Source: Nitrospirota bacterium (GTDB lineage Bacteria; Nitrospirota; Thermodesulfovibrionia; Thermodesulfovibrionales; SM23-35). Taken from it: 64,000 nucleotides of DNA. The position numbers and the translations under genes were made by a program. The stretch spans positions 13,622 to 77,621 of the forward strand of contig CAWGWX010000034.1 in the NCBI GenBank assembly GCA_963826355.1, written 5' to 3'. Under the pieces are notes generated by a model. The model was not told where the DNA came from, ran no database searches, and worked only from the letters and a program-made list of their open reading frames with translations. Below, in pieces: positions 1-9,653 of the stretch (position 1 is its first letter; each line of letters opens with the position of its first letter).

Positions 1-1308
1 GGTGCCTTTGCTGTTGGAGCCGTTGATTCCTCTAAAAGGATAGCCTCATTTAGTAGTCGAGGGCCTTCTGCCTGCGACGGAGACATTTATCCTGGGGTGG
101 TTGCTCCAGGAGTGAGTATAAGGACTTCAGATCTCACCTTCGGCGGTATTTTCCCCAATTCCTATGCAACGGTTTCCGGTACGTCCTTTTCTTCCCCTCA
201 TGTAACAGGTGCCATGGCGTTACTCATGAATGCCTTCCCCAGTGTGACTGTAAACAAACTTGAATCAGCGCTGAAGCAATCTGCGTTAGATCTTGGCATC
301 CCTGGTAAGGACAATGATTACGGAAAAGGGTTGATTGATGTTATGGCGGCTTATAACCTACTCCTCAATCCTGTTCCGGATGTTGAAGCCTCGCCAGAAT
401 CTCATGAGTTCGGCGTCACAGAGATTAACACTGTTTCAACATCAAACACTTTCACTGTAAAAAATAGTGGCGTAGGTAACCTCATGATTGGCACAATATC
501 AATCACCGGTCCGAATCCTGCAGAGTTTCAGATTGTAAGTGATAACTGTTCTGAAGAGATAGTAGAACCATCTTCAACGTGCAGCATCGAGGTATTTTTC
601 TCACCATCATTATCTGGCTCTCAAAATGCAAACCTGACCATCCAATCGAATGACCCTGATACCCCGACGTTGAATATCACTCTCCATGGAACAGGAATGC
701 AGAGTTCTTATGATAAAGTTACTGTTGTCGTCCCGAATGGTGGTGAAGTCATTCCAGCAGGTTCTACTTATACGATTTGGTGGGGGGCTCCTGCAGGGGC
801 AGATAAATTTAAACTTCAATATTCCATCGATAACGGGACTACCTGGACAACAATTACAGAGAGCGCTCAAGGAAATAATTTCCACTGGAGAGTGCCAAGA
901 AATCTTGGGAACAAAAAGAAATGTCTGATAAGAGTGGCAGGATACACTCCTTCAAATGTGAGAGCAGGATATGACAGGTCAGATGCACCTTTTACGATAG
1001 AGCTCGTGAAGCTTACACTCCCCGATGGAGGAGAAACCTTTATATCAAATGATACCCGGTACATAGTATGGAAAACAAACGATACCAAAAAACAAGTGGC
1101 GAAAACAAAATTATGGTATTCAAAAGACGGGGGAGTTAACTGGATTAAGATAGCAACTCTTGCGGGCAATCCCGGAAACTACCCCTGGAAAGTGCCTATG
1201 GTAAATAATATAAAGAACAATGCAAAAGTAAAGGTTGAGCTTATTGATAAGTTTGGGAACATATTGGGGAGGGATGTGAGTGACAGCACTTTCATTATTC
1301 AGTCTTGA
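1..1308 (+). CDS. Secreted subtilisin-like (S8) serine peptidase, 3' part (5' end outside window) with C-terminal accessory domains
   Basis: Frame 1 is open from base 1 (GAFAVGAVDSSKRIASFSSRGP...). Catalytic-Ser motif SGTSFSSPHVTG is present. It is followed by a beta-rich domain (NTFTVKNSGVGNL...LTIQSNDPDTP) and a tandem ~95-aa x2 module (718-1305) that recurs at 12191-12790. Confidence 0.85.
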   Translation, partial: GAFAVGAVDSSKRIASFSSRGPSACDGDIYPGVVAPGVSIRTSDLTFGGIFPNSYATVSGTSFSSPHVTGAMALLMNAFPSVTVNKLESALKQSALDLGIPGKDNDYGKGLIDVMAAYNLLLNPVPDVEASPESHEFGVTEINTVSTSNTFTVKNSGVGNLMIGTISITGPNPAEFQIVSDNCSEEIVEPSSTCSIEVFFSPSLSGSQNANLTIQSNDPDTPTLNITLHGTGMQSSYDKVTVVVPNGGEVIPAGSTYTIWWGAPAGADKFKLQYSIDNGTTWTTITESAQGNNFHWRVPRNLGNKKKCLIRVAGYTPSNVRAGYDRSDAPFTIELVKLTLPDGGETFISNDTRYIVWKTNDTKKQVAKTKLWYSKDGGVNWIKIATLAGNPGNYPWKVPMVNNIKNNAKVKVELIDKFGNILGRDVSDSTFIIQS

Positions 1309-1379
1309 CCAAAATCCTTTTCACAATTCATTAAATGAAGCATGGACTTTGGTCACAAAGAGGCATGAGAATATTATTC

Positions 1380-1480
1380 GCTCCCCCTTTGGAAAAGGGG
1401 GATGAAGGGGGATTTTAAGAAATAATATTTTCGCATATTCATGAAATCTCCCCTGACCCCTCTTTGCCAAAGAGGGGAAT
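1380..1480. repeat. REP-like palindromic intergenic element (G/C-tract hairpins)
   Basis: Perfect hairpins TCCCCCTTT-gga-AAAGGGGGA (1382-1402) and CCCCTCTTTG-cc-AAAGAGGGG (1457-1477). The same style of element occurs at 14161-14235. ORF 1321..1533(-) is just its translation. Confidence 0.5.
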
Positions 1481-1584
1481 CTTCGGATCAATGACAAAAG
1501 AAAAAAGTGTAAAGAAGTATTACTACAGAACACTAGGATGATGCTTTACCATGGGAAACTCATCAGTCATGAAAGGAGGTAAAA

Positions 1585-1761
1585 ATGGCAAAAATACTGA
1601 AGTGCAAAGATGTTGGTGTGGATTGTGATTTTGTGGCTTCAGGCAAAACCGAAGAGGAGGTCTTAAAAAAGGCGGCTGAACATGCCAGAAAAAACCACAA
1701 CATTAAGAGGGTTACCAAAGATTACCTGAAGTCCTGGCGCAAGCACATTAAAACTGTGTAA
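1585..1761 (+). CDS. Small DUF1059-like protein (58 aa), absent from the ORF track
   Basis: ATG at 1585 preceded by GAAAGGAGG. The peptide is MAKILKCKDVGVDCDFVASGKTEEEVLKKAAEHARKNHNIKRVTKDYLKSWRKHIKTV. The pattern 'KCxDxGxDCxF...G.TeEEvl..a.eHa...H' is as I recall for DUF1059. Confidence 0.7.
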   Translation: MAKILKCKDVGVDCDFVASGKTEEEVLKKAAEHARKNHNIKRVTKDYLKSWRKHIKTV

Positions 1762-1846
1762 GTGAGAAGAAGGCTCAATCCCTTAAGGTGATTCCAGAGA
1801 TACAAAGCTGGTTAATTCTCAAGGTATGTCTGAAATCGAAAACCTT

Positions 1847-2659
1847 TCATCTGTCTATTATTCCGGTAAATACGTTCTTTACTTCTCGTACTATCTCTTG
1901 ATGGACTGATGGGGTTCCTGCAATGATGTTGCCTGTCCTTAAATAATGAGGACCTCCGCCGAAGTCAGTTACAACTCCTCCTGCCTCCTTGATGAGCAGA
2001 CTTCCCGTTGCAATATCCCAGGGACTGAGACCTAACTCAAAAAAACCATCGCATCTCCCACAGGCGAGATAGGCAAGGTCAAGGGCAGCAGAGCCAGCCC
2101 TCCTCAGGTCACTGACCTTGAGGAAGAGATTTTTGAAGAGTTTCAGGTAGGGATCTATCATCTCCTTACTGCGGAAAGGAAAGCCTGTGTTGATAAGGCT
2201 CTCCCTCAGGGTACTTACTTCAGATACCTTAATGGGATTGCCATTTAAAAAAGCACCTGCCCCTTTTTTGGCCAGGAATAGCTCATTCCTTAAGGGATCA
2301 AGAATGACCCCTGTGATTATTTCCCCTTCATATTCGAGTGCTATGGATACGGAGAAAACAGGATAGCTATGGATATAATTCGTGGTGCCATCAAGGGGGT
2401 CTATTATCCAGCGGTATCCTCCCTTCCCAAACTCTTTCAGAGATTCTTCTGCTAAAAAGTGATGATCAGGAAAATGCTCTTTTATTGTATCAATGATGAC
2501 TTTTTCTGATTCTTTGTCGACAGAGGTAACAAAGTCAGATGCTTGCTTCAGGCCAATATCCCTCTTTGAAATTTTGCCAAGGTGATTAACAATGACCTGC
2601 CCTGCGAGTCTTGCAGCTTTTATAGCGATATCAAGGAATTCTTTCGTTCCGCCGGGCAT
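1847..2659 (-). CDS. suhB: Inositol monophosphatase family protein (SuhB-like)
   Basis: 270 aa with IMPase motifs: FLAEE, WIIDPLDGTTNY and WDIATGSLLIKEAGG. Confidence 0.9.
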   Translation of the reverse strand: MPGGTKEFLDIAIKAARLAGQVIVNHLGKISKRDIGLKQASDFVTSVDKESEKVIIDTIKEHFPDHHFLAEESLKEFGKGGYRWIIDPLDGTTNYIHSYPVFSVSIALEYEGEIITGVILDPLRNELFLAKKGAGAFLNGNPIKVSEVSTLRESLINTGFPFRSKEMIDPYLKLFKNLFLKVSDLRRAGSAALDLAYLACGRCDGFFELGLSPWDIATGSLLIKEAGGVVTDFGGGPHYLRTGNIIAGTPSVHQEIVREVKNVFTGIIDR

Positions 2660-2924
2660 ATTAATTTATACCATTTCTAAAAAATTTCTGATATTGATAT
2701 CTTTTATTCTTAACTATTCACTGAATACTTGATTCAAGACGGTCAGAATAGGGCTTGCCATGATCGACAAGGGGAGATGCCTGCCCTATGCCCATGTAAC
2801 TCCCTGTATCGTATGCGAAGAGGTCTGTCATAATCCTTTTATCATAGTGTTGTAAAATAGAGCTAATCAAACCATACTGGTAAAGAAAAGATTTTTTAGT
2901 ATTACCTACAGAGAGGACGAGACG

Positions 2925-3343
2925 ATGATTTTTAACGACACTTTTACAATAAATACGAAAGGTTTCTGTGATACCGTTGACATCACTGATAAGGTTATAA
3001 AAATCGTAGAGCAGTCAGGTATCGAAAACGGGCTGCTTACCGTCTTCTGTTCTGGTTCTACAGCAGCGATCACAACAATAGAATATGAACCAGGCGTCAT
3101 TAAAGACCTGCAAAGGGTTCTGGAGAAAGATTGTCCCATCAAACATCTCCCTATGAACATGACAAACGCTGGGGGGATGGTAATGGTTTTTCTCATGTGA
3201 GGGCAGCCCTGATGAAACCTTCCCTCTCAATTCCCCTCATAGAGGGAAAACTCTCACTGGGAACGTGGCAACAGATAGTCTTTATAGACTTTGACAATAG
3301 GGAGAGGCACAGAAAAATAGTCGTACAGGTTTTAGGAGGATAA
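2925..3343 (+). pseudogene. YjbQ-family (secondary thiamine-phosphate synthase) gene split by a frameshift
   Basis: N-terminal half in ORF 2925..3200 (GLLTVFCSGSTAAITTIEYEPG). C-terminal half in ORF 3131..3343 (YEHDKRWGDGNGFSHVRAAL...GTWQQIVFIDFDNRERHRKIVV). Adding one A to GAGAAAGA (about 3124-3130) fuses them. Confidence 0.75.
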
Positions 3344-3344
3344 A

Positions 3345-3614
3345 ATGGAAATTAAAGTTGAAAAACCATCTGAGCAGATGATCAAGGAACGAAAAGTAAG
3401 AAGCTGGCCTATCTGGGAAAAGGAAGTTTCACGTTTTGACTGGCACTATGATGAAACAGAGGAATGTTACCTTGTTGAAGGAAGAGTTACCGTTGAGACA
3501 GATGGTGGGAAACAGGTAGAGTTCAAAAAAGGCGATTTCGTAACGTTCCCCAAAGGCCTTTCCTGTATTTGGGATATCAAGGAGCCAGTAAGGAAACATT
3601 ATAACTTCAAGTGA
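3345..3614 (+). CDS. Small cupin-fold protein (cupin_3/DUF861-like)
   Basis: 89 aa: WPIWEKEVSRFDWHYDETEECYLVEGRVTVETDGGKQVEFKKGDFVTFPKGLSCIWDI. Its ATG sits 1 nt after the yjbQ stop. Confidence 0.7.
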   Translation: MEIKVEKPSEQMIKERKVRSWPIWEKEVSRFDWHYDETEECYLVEGRVTVETDGGKQVEFKKGDFVTFPKGLSCIWDIKEPVRKHYNFK

Positions 3615-3718
3615 TTTTTAGGTCATTGACTCCAAAAACATATTTTCAGGTCCCATCGTATATTGAAATTAACACACCATGCATTATATGGAACATAACA
3701 GGATGAACCATTAATATA

Positions 3719-4053
3719 ATGAAACTCTTCTATCTGAATAAAACTCCCTATGAACCGGTCAGCCATGATCCCGGGCTGAAAAAGCGGGTCCTCGCAAGGA
3801 TATTCTTCCCTCTGTAAAACATATCAGCCATATTATTCTTCGGCCAGGAGACAGCGCCTCTGAACATGCACATTCTGATTATGTTGAGGTGTTCTACTGC
3901 ATCCGGGGTGATGCAGTATTCTCGATAAAAGGGGAAAGCATTTCAATCAGGAAAGGGCATTTACTTTTTGTCGAGCCTGGAGAAATACATTCTATTCAAA
4001 AAGTGAACGAAGAAACAGAGCTTCTCTACTTGCATGTGATTGAAAAGAGTTAA
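3719..4053 (+). pseudogene. Cupin_2-type protein gene with a 1-nt frameshift
   Basis: MKLFYLNKTPYEPVSHDPGLKKRVLA, then a frame change to DILPSVKHISHIILRPGDSASEHAHSDYVEVFYCIRGDAVFSIKGESISIRKGHLLFVEPGEIHSI (cupin His motifs). Adding one A at GCAAGG (about 3794-3799) restores one 111-aa ORF. Confidence 0.65.
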
Positions 4054-4347
4054 GAGTTACTGTTGTTTATCAATTAGAAAGGAGGGAGAGGGGCCTCTGG
4101 GGTATGGAAGGCCCCTCAGGGGGGTAAAAAAGCTCTATCAAAAGAATCTTCGTTATAGATATCCTGATATAACCTGCTTTAATAATATGATAGGGGAAAA
4201 AATAAAGAATGAAAATCAGAATTTGTCTGATTTTTTTGTAGGAACTTGTCTCGTTGCTCTGTAGGTTTTTGTCTTACAATTTTCCTGTACTTCTATGATT
4301 TTATGTGACTTTTTGACTCATTGAATTCTGGAAATAACTTCTTACCG

Positions 4348-5181
4348 TCATGCTTTGTAATACATGAGCTGCAGTGCATGGAACTGGACTTTTTTGATCA
4401 TGGCATTTACTCTGTCCTCTGGCATGGGGCTGAAACGCACAGCAAACTCAACATTCTCCTCAAGTTGCTGTATGCTGTCACACCCTATGACCGCCGTTGT
4501 TATAGGCTGGGAAAGGGCAAAATGGAAAAAGGGTTCCATAGTTTCAAACCACGGGAGTTTTTCTGCGAGACCTCTGAAATAGACCTTCATACCGATAATG
4601 CCCATCTCCCTTTTCTGTGCATAGGGGATTACTTTTTCTAAAAAGCTCATATAGAAAGGTTCTGCAGGATTTACAGGTAGAAGGACGGTATCAAAGTCAA
4701 ACAGCTCAAAACACCTTCTCAGGATTATGGGGTCCTGATGCCCTGTTACTCCGATGAACCTTGTTAAACCCTTTTCCTTTGCCTTGACAAAGGCCTCAAG
4801 AGCACCCTTCGGGCCGAATATTTCTCTGATATCATCTTCTGTCCTTACATCGTGCACCTGCCACAGATCGAGATGGTCTGTCTGCATATTCTTCAAGGTC
4901 TTTTGCAGATGCTCCAATGCGCCCTTTTTATCCCTGGCATGGGATTTACTTGTGAGGAATATGTCTTTTCTCCTCTCTTTTAATGCCTTGCCATAGTATG
5001 CCTCGCTTCCAGAATAGGCACGGGCAGATTCAAAATAATTGATACCGAGGTCCAGGGCCCTGTTGATTAGAGCATACGCCTCCTTCTCATAGCCATAGGT
5101 CCTCAGGATCCCTTCCCCGCCAAGGCCAAGTATGGTAACGTCGACACCAGTTTTTCCGAGTTTCCTCTTTGGAATCTCCAT
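4348..5181 (-). CDS. Aldo/keto reductase family oxidoreductase
   Basis: 277 aa. N-terminus is typical of AKRs: RKLGKTGVDVTILGLGG...INYFESARAYSGSEAYYGKALKERRKDIFLTSK. Confidence 0.85.
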   Translation of the reverse strand: MEIPKRKLGKTGVDVTILGLGGEGILRTYGYEKEAYALINRALDLGINYFESARAYSGSEAYYGKALKERRKDIFLTSKSHARDKKGALEHLQKTLKNMQTDHLDLWQVHDVRTEDDIREIFGPKGALEAFVKAKEKGLTRFIGVTGHQDPIILRRCFELFDFDTVLLPVNPAEPFYMSFLEKVIPYAQKREMGIIGMKVYFRGLAEKLPWFETMEPFFHFALSQPITTAVIGCDSIQQLEENVEFAVRFSPMPEDRVNAMIKKVQFHALQLMYYKA

Positions 5182-5209
5182 ACTGAAATTCTATCAGATG
5201 CTTTTGAAT

Positions 5210-5668
5210 CTACTGTCTCTTCGCGAACTGTAAGGCTGCTGAGTTGATACAATAGCGGAGTCTTGTCGGAGGCGGGCCATCATCGAATACGTGTCCAAGA
5301 TGGGCATCACACCTGGCACATAGCACCTCTGTCCTCTCCATGAAGAAAGAAGTATCGTGCTTGGTTTTAATGTTATGTTTTGATATGGGCTCAGAGAAAC
5401 TCGGCCAGCCTGTCCCTGATTCAAACTTTGCCTCTGAGTTGAAGAGGTCAGTGCCGCAGCCTACGCACTGATAGATACCCTTCTCCTTATGATTATAGTA
5501 TTTTCCTGTAAAGGGCCTTTCTGTCCCCTTTTTCCTTGTAATTTCATACTCCTCGGGAGAGAGGATCTTTTTCCAGTCCTCGTCAGTTTTTACTACTCTG
5601 TCTACTTCCTCCAGGACACCCTTGGAGGCATGATAAATAGTAATCTTCTGTTTCCTCTGCATTTCCAT
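5210..5668 (-). CDS. msrB: Peptide-methionine (R)-S-oxide reductase
   Basis: Motifs GIYQCVGCGTDLFNSEAKFESGTGWPSF, CARCDAHLGHVFDDGP and RYCINS. Confidence 0.9.
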   Translation of the reverse strand: MEMQRKQKITIYHASKGVLEEVDRVVKTDEDWKKILSPEEYEITRKKGTERPFTGKYYNHKEKGIYQCVGCGTDLFNSEAKFESGTGWPSFSEPISKHNIKTKHDTSFFMERTEVLCARCDAHLGHVFDDGPPPTRLRYCINSAALQFAKRQ

Positions 5669-5735
5669 CTCCTTCCCATGAGAACCAGAAACATTCGCTG
5701 CTATGACAACTGCGGAGAATAGAGGAGTTAAGCAA

Positions 5736-6305
5736 TCAGTGCTTTGAATCTTTTGCCCACATCTCCTTTAAATATTGACTTCTCCCTGAGTGAGCTTCAT
5801 AAAACTCATATCTGACTGGATTTTTCTTATAATATTTCTGATGGTATTCCTCGGCCTTATAGAATGTCGATGCTGGCCTTATTTCGGTAATAATAGGATT
5901 ATTAAATTTCCCTGATTTTCCAAGTTTTTCTTTAGAGGTTTCAGCTAATTTTTTTTGCTTTTCGTTATGATAAAAAATAGCAGTTCTGTATTGAGTTCCA
6001 AAATCAACAAACTGTCTGTTCAGCATTGTTGGTTCAATGTTTTTCCAGAAAAGGTCTAACAGTTCTGAATTTGTAACCTGGGAAGTATCGTACAGTATCT
6101 CAATGGCTTCAACATGTCCTGTTTTCTTTGAACATACTTCTTCGTATGTTGGGTGTTCCTTATGGCCGCCGCCAGTATATCCTACGGTGGTTGATACCAC
6201 TCCCTTTACTTTGTCAAAGAGGGCTTGCATACACCAGAAACAGCCTCCAGCAAAGGTGGCCTTTTCCAACTTTTGAGGAGAATTGTAAGAACTTTCAGGC
6301 CACAC
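5736..6305 (-). CDS. msrA: Peptide-methionine (S)-S-oxide reductase
   Basis: Motifs ATFAGGCFWCMQ, GYTGG, HVEAIEILYD and YHQKY. Confidence 0.9.
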   Translation of the reverse strand: MWPESSYNSPQKLEKATFAGGCFWCMQALFDKVKGVVSTTVGYTGGGHKEHPTYEEVCSKKTGHVEAIEILYDTSQVTNSELLDLFWKNIEPTMLNRQFVDFGTQYRTAIFYHNEKQKKLAETSKEKLGKSGKFNNPIITEIRPASTFYKAEEYHQKYYKKNPVRYEFYEAHSGRSQYLKEMWAKDSKH

Positions 6306-6460
6306 AAGTCACCTATCAGTTGTTTTGAATCTGAGTAATCGTGATTGCACTATGCAGTATAAAACGGAGATCTAAGGAATGATATCAGTAATAGTCTGAT
6401 AATCTTGTAGGAGTTTTACTCATTGCTCTGTAGGTATTTATCTCACCAGAGTAATTTTCT

Positions 6461-6967
6461 TTACTGGTTAGGGTTACCGAAAATCAGGGTCCAGTAACTT
6501 CTCCGATTACTGCTTTTTGCATACGAAGCCCCTGCTTCTTTAAATTCAGGATTCATGATATTTTTACAATGTATCTCGCTATTCAGCCATGCACCCACTG
6601 CATCTTGAGTAGTTCGATACCCTTGACCTACATTCTCTCCATAGGAAACCCACCGGTAACCAACTCTTGAAAGTCTTTCCCCTGGATCGCTTCTGTCAGA
6701 ACCCTTGTGACTGAGAAAACCTTTCTCAGCCATGTCCATGGAATGCTGTAATGCTGCCTGTCCAAGTGTATTATTCCAGACAACAAGCCGAGCTGGCTTA
6801 TAGTATCTATTACCACACATCATTCCTTTTGCACGTGCCTCATTAATCGGTTCCAGAATGTCCTTCACAAGTGAATTGTCTTTACCGTACCATCCCGAAG
6901 ACGAATTGAAAGTACTGACGCACCCGCAGAGAAAGACCATAATAGATATGAATGCATAAGTCTTCAT
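6461..6967 (-). CDS. CAP/SCP/PR1-like domain lipoprotein
   Basis: Lipobox MKTYAFISIMVFLCGC taken as the start (ATG 6967). CAP-type motifs: LSHKGSD, GENVGQGY, AWLNSEIHCKNIMNPEFKEAG. Confidence 0.75.
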   Translation of the reverse strand: MKTYAFISIMVFLCGCVSTFNSSSGWYGKDNSLVKDILEPINEARAKGMMCGNRYYKPARLVVWNNTLGQAALQHSMDMAEKGFLSHKGSDRSDPGERLSRVGYRWVSYGENVGQGYRTTQDAVGAWLNSEIHCKNIMNPEFKEAGASYAKSSNRRSYWTLIFGNPNQ

Positions 6968-7076
6968 GGCTATTTTCTTTTGATAAAATCTTCTCATTCT
7001 ATAAAACTCGTATTATCAGTTGATTTTTGATCCTCTATGCAAAAATGAAAAGACAAGCCGAAAAAGGACTGAAACT

Positions 7077-7874
7077 TTAACTGTTCGGTACACGTATTAC
7101 ATACGCATAGGGGGGTGTCGTATCTGTGAGGAGGGCAGGGTTTAATTGTTTTATTGCTCTGACAGTTGTATTAAAGTTTTCTGCCAGAGTTTTCAAACTG
7201 ATAACTTTATCTGTGACTATTTCTCTATAATCCATATCTACTTTTTGCATGCCCTGATATGACTCAAATCCGTATCTTTCCGGATCCTGAGCGATAGTAA
7301 ATGCAGCCACAAAAGAAGCTAAATAGCGTTTTATGATGAAGGGAAAACATTCCGATTCACATTTATTCAATATACGTTTAATCCTTCCTTCCCCAGCATT
7401 GTATGCCGCAAGGGCGATATCCCAGGCACCGAACATGGAGTGGAGATCTCTCAGGTAATGAGCTGCTGCGTACGTTGACTTGACTGGGTCCTTCCGCTCA
7501 TCCACGTATTTATCTATCCTGAGACCATATTTCCGAGCAGTGCCCTTTACAAACTGCCAAAGTCCGGCAGCATCCCCCGGACCGACGAGCAGGGGAGAGA
7601 ATTCACTCTCGATAAGGGGAAGATAGGCTATCTCGATAGGGATGCCTTTCTCCTGAAATATTTCTGTTACTAAATCTATATATTGATGAGAGTTGTTGAG
7701 TCTCTTTTCGAACATTTCCGGCATCTTCCGGGTAAAAAATTGTATTGCTCGGTCATAAAGTTGATTTGTAGACTCATGTTCTTTTATCGCATGGAGCTCT
7801 TCACTGGCAGTGATGTTAACGGGCATCCATAACAAGAAAAGCAATAACAATATTGATGTAAATAACTTTGTCAT
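7077..7874 (-). CDS. Lytic transglycosylase (SLT domain) with C-terminal LysM-like segment
   Basis: Signal peptide present. SLT motifs IESEFSP, GLWQF and AAYNAGEGRI. The C-terminal segment ISLKTLAENFNTTVRAIKQLNP is LysM-like. Confidence 0.8.
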   Translation of the reverse strand: MTKLFTSILLLLFLLWMPVNITASEELHAIKEHESTNQLYDRAIQFFTRKMPEMFEKRLNNSHQYIDLVTEIFQEKGIPIEIAYLPLIESEFSPLLVGPGDAAGLWQFVKGTARKYGLRIDKYVDERKDPVKSTYAAAHYLRDLHSMFGAWDIALAAYNAGEGRIKRILNKCESECFPFIIKRYLASFVAAFTIAQDPERYGFESYQGMQKVDMDYREIVTDKVISLKTLAENFNTTVRAIKQLNPALLTDTTPPYAYVIRVPNS

Positions 7875-8051
7875 TTCCCCCTGACCTCTATGTGAAGGAT
7901 AGAACCTTTATTTTAAAAAGAGAAAGTCTTCTTGATTGCTACTTTATGTGAGTTTTAAGTGTAAGTAGTATACCATTTTTTGCAAGTCTATGTTGTCAAG
8001 GTATTTAACTGCAACACCAGCGTCTTTTCCGTTGGCTTTCCGTTTTTCTTC

Positions 8052-8090
8052 ACTTCAGTCCTTCTGTACTTCAGCTCTTCCTCACTTCAG
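8052..8090 (-). repeat. Minus-strand CTGAAGT x3 (16-nt spacing) array overlapping or following the stop codon of the upstream gene
   Basis: ACTTCAG on the + strand at 8052-8058, 8068-8074 and 8084-8090. The stop codon lies at 8087-8089. Confidence 0.5.
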
Positions 8091-8773
8091 CCCTTCTGCA
8101 TGAGCTTTTTCTCCCATGATACAGCTTTTCCATAATCTTTGAACAGCCGCTCCAGTTTTCGAAATACAGAGGTATGTACCGATCTCCTGCCGTTTTTCCT
8201 TTCCTCTTTCACAGCACTATGAAGCATTTCATGATAAACAACATACCTGATAAAGTAACGCGGGACATTTCTCCTGTCCAGGACGGGATTTATCCTTATG
8301 GTATCGCTATGTCCGCAGTAACTTCCCAACGTTCGATTCCTTACTGCCCTCCGTGCATTCCCTTTTCCCCAGCCGATCGACGCTGTTATTCTCCCTCCGA
8401 AATACTCATCATTGAGATCATCGAAAATCTCTCTCAGATTGTGAAATCTGCCCTTTGTGTGGATGCTGAGTTGTCTGGAGTTTTGCTCTCTCTTTTTCAG
8501 ACAGGTCTGATTTTCGCTGATAAATTTCCTGATGAGTGGTGTCAGGCATTTCCTTGTTTTAATGAAACTGGCCATCTCCCTGATGACTTCATCATCAGCA
8601 TTGAGAAACATCCAGTGCATTCTGACAGAAACCAAATTGCCTTTTGTTCTTATTGAAAGTACATTGGTAGAATTGTCTGTTAGGGTCAGAGAAACAGATT
8701 TCCCGGTCATCTTCTCTAAGGAATCCTTAAGGGTATCTTTGCTGTTGGAAAACTGCAAACTTAGTTGAAACAT
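8087..8773 (-). CDS. SprT-like / HExxH zinc-metalloprotease-domain protein
   Basis: 228 aa with YVVYHEMLHSAV (HExxH) preceded by IRINPVLDRRNVPRYFIRY. Family assignment rests on motif only. Confidence 0.55.
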   Translation of the reverse strand: MFQLSLQFSNSKDTLKDSLEKMTGKSVSLTLTDNSTNVLSIRTKGNLVSVRMHWMFLNADDEVIREMASFIKTRKCLTPLIRKFISENQTCLKKREQNSRQLSIHTKGRFHNLREIFDDLNDEYFGGRITASIGWGKGNARRAVRNRTLGSYCGHSDTIRINPVLDRRNVPRYFIRYVVYHEMLHSAVKEERKNGRRSVHTSVFRKLERLFKDYGKAVSWEKKLMQKG

Positions 8774-8803
8774 AATGATTCAGGTCATTATAGACGATTC
8801 ATC

Positions 8804-9428
8804 TCATAAAACAACTCTTCCGCTGTTTGATGCCTTCACCTCTTCCCCCTCCTTTCCCCTTATATCCACTCCTCTGTGCAGACTCATCCTCTTCATGTTG
8901 AGTATCCGCTTTGTACCGTAGGGAGCTAATATCTCATGTTCGAGGGGAAGTGTAAAGCAACCATCCCAGAGTCTATCAGATACTTTCTGAAATATAGATT
9001 TCAGTCTTCTTTCTTCTTTCTTCTTTCTTTACCCTCCTCAAGTTTTCGGTGCTCAATAACACTTCATCTTCAGGCAGGGTAATCTCCCGTGTTGGAAAGC
9101 TGATGTGTTTTACGACTATATCCATACGCTTTCTCCTCTTGCCTATTTTCAGGTTAACAGGATAGACACCCGGCTGGGTTTTCATTTCTACTGCTCCGAT
9201 AGCAATAAAACAACGCTCTTCACTTCGACTGGAATAAAAATTTTTCCCCATAAATGAAGCAGGAGACATCTTCGAGACCCTTGTGTTAGTCACCTTGATG
9301 ACAAAAGCATCTCCCGGGAAGACTTCATGAGGTGAAACCATGACTTCGAGGGCAAAAGAAATGTCACACAGAAAAAACACAAGAAATACCAGGGTGATAA
9401 AAAATAAAAGTATACTATGCCTTTTCAT
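8804..9428 (-). pseudogene. M23 (LytM) peptidase gene, frameshifted and 3'-truncated
   Basis: Signal peptide MKRHSILLFFITLVFLVFF plus an N-terminal domain typical of M23 proteins (ORF ending 8976). It continues in another frame as FTLPLEHEILAPYGTKRILNMKRMSLHRGVDIRGKEGEEVKASNSGRVVL*. That frame ends before the HxH half of the domain and abuts the start of the next gene. Confidence 0.6.
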
Positions 9429-9653
9429 ATGTGCTTCCTTTCTCAATGTTTCCACTTTAAATGTACATGATCTGATTCGAATTTCTGGAAGGGATAGAAT
9501 GAACTTTTCCCTTTCCGGTTTCAGAAAGAAATGACCTATTTTTGCAGCAACATCGTCTTCATGATTTTTCATAATTTCTTCATCGGCTCTTCACAAGTTT
9601 TTCGTATCCTAATCTCATAAATAACATGAATAACATGATAAAGGAGGCATGAT

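Noticed and set aside
1321-1533. 70-aa minus-strand ORF.
   Set aside because: It is the translation of a palindromic REP-like element (..PPFPKGE.., ..LAKRGQG..) and not a gene.
4088-4117. GAGGGGCC-N14-GGCCCCTC hairpin between the convergent cupin and aldo/keto reductase genes, considered as a terminator.
   Set aside because: The 8-bp stem is perfect, but no T-run follows on either strand. It cannot be called an intrinsic terminator from sequence alone.
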